Of a stretch of DNA of 22,111 nt, positions 21,151-22,111 are shown one piece after another. The notes under the pieces were generated by a model. The model was not told where the DNA came from. It saw nothing but the letters and a program-made list of their open reading frames with translations, and ran no database searches. This stretch comes from Octopus sinensis (taxonomy: Eukaryota). Location: NCBI RefSeq assembly GCF_006345805.1, contig NW_021837020.1:1-22111 (forward strand), given 5' to 3'. Every line of letters begins with the position of its first letter. Position 1 is the first letter of the stretch. The translations under genes and the position numbers were made by a program.

Positions 21151-21739
21151 ATGTCGGAGCTGGGAGCTGTGAATCTTATAACAAGGAGATTTCTAAGACT
21201 CTTATCTTTTTGAAAAGACGGAGGAGCCCGTTATTCCTATAGTTAATAGTGACGTAGTGGAAAATAGAGTAGTAAGCGGCTGCAGGTCTCGGAACGAATA
21301 TAGTGACAGGAACGCAGTTCTAATTTCAGAAACCAATCCTAGCAGATTAAGATTCACGTCGGCGAACTCCAAGATCAAAAACGCCGTCTACCAATGCAAG
21401 GTTTACACGGACTCAGATGCCTTCACTTATGTAGGGGCATCATCCTCAAGATTGTCTTTGCGTGTCTCCAACCATTACGCAACTTTTCGGGACGTGAACA
21501 AGCGCCAGACCACGGGACTCAGTAAGCTAATATGGCGACTGAAGGATGCGAACTTAAGCTATAGGCTGGAATGGTCAATTTTGTCGGTGGCCCTCCCATT
21601 TGATAGGGGCAGAAGACAGTGCAACCTTTGTGTCTCCGAACTCTTCCATATTTTGTTTGCCAGAGGCCGGATGGTAAACGGGCTCTTACAGTCGGCTTTT
21701 CGATGCCCCATTGGCGGCGTTACCTTATCTGGCCTTTAA
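21150..21739 (+). mobile_element. 5'-truncated Penelope-like retroelement fragment encoding the C-terminal GIY-YIG endonuclease (resembles the Naiad-type EN)
   Basis: Frame open 21197-21739. NAVY (21380-21391) ... TYVG (21425-21436) ... RVSNHYATF ... TTGLSKLIWRLK ... LEWSIL ... CNLCVSE ... MVN ... FRC fits the PLE pattern VY-YIG-R-H-SF-TxLSxxIWxLK-CxLCxxE-LN. No RT domain is present in the window. Confidence 0.82.
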
Positions 21740-22111
21740 ATAGCGTTTATAAATAATACCGGCACCCATAGCCCTTGGTAACAAATTCTGAAATAGCCTT
21801 TAAGATATCTACGATTGACCACTGCAAGGGGTATTACTCCTGTAAGACAAACGGGGCTTGGTTTTTTCACAGCGGGGGGTTTCCTTGACAAGGTAGGCTT
21901 AGATGAACACACACACACATAAAACATAATATATATATAATTTTTTTTATTTTTTCTTTCTGCCACCCAACAGTTATCACGGCAGTAACCACTGACAGCC
22001 GAACGATCAAACGCACACACGTACACAAAAAATGTTTTCTACCCCTAAACGCCAACCACATATATATAGAACAGTATACACACACACACGTCTCTAAGTA
22101 GATTTTTTCTC

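Noticed and set aside
4315-21213. Dozens of ORF-track entries rich in YI, CV, HT, MYVC, poly-L, poly-V, poly-N
   Set aside because: They are translations of (TA)n, (TG)n, (TATG)n, (CTA)n and (AAC)n repeats, with no domain content.
21985-22030. CTGACAG...CAAACG-CACACA-CGTA as the hammerhead of the Penelope fragment
   Set aside because: Both core motifs are wrong and stem I cannot form.
1-22111. CRISPR array or prokaryotic operon
   Set aside because: No constant repeats with unique spacers and no gene-dense organisation; the sequence is eukaryotic repeat-rich DNA.

Overview
AT-rich, microsatellite-saturated eukaryotic DNA. The SINE families and repeat landscape match what I recall of octopus/coleoid cephalopod genomes (inference, not a database result). 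No complete protein-coding gene is visible, and most entries in the ORF track are translations of simple repeats. The window is a patchwork of mobile DNA: (1) the 3' end of a decayed R4/Dong-type LINE ending next to (CATA)20; (2) a full-length 1291-bp DD34D mariner with 37-bp TIRs and TA duplication but a dead transposase; (3) a ~550-bp fold-back MITE-like element; (4) RTE and possibly L2/CR1-type LINE fragments; (5) copies of three tRNA-derived SINE families; (6) an uninterrupted GIY-YIG endonuclease fragment of a Penelope-like element. The most striking structure is a 149-bp spacer-less palindrome (13978-14126) made of two head-to-head minimal hammerhead-ribozyme units of the Penelope type, each with a different inactivating lesion. 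Two small phase-compatible + strand exon candidates (12159-12214 and 14515-14559) suggest the window may lie in the introns of an unidentified gene.
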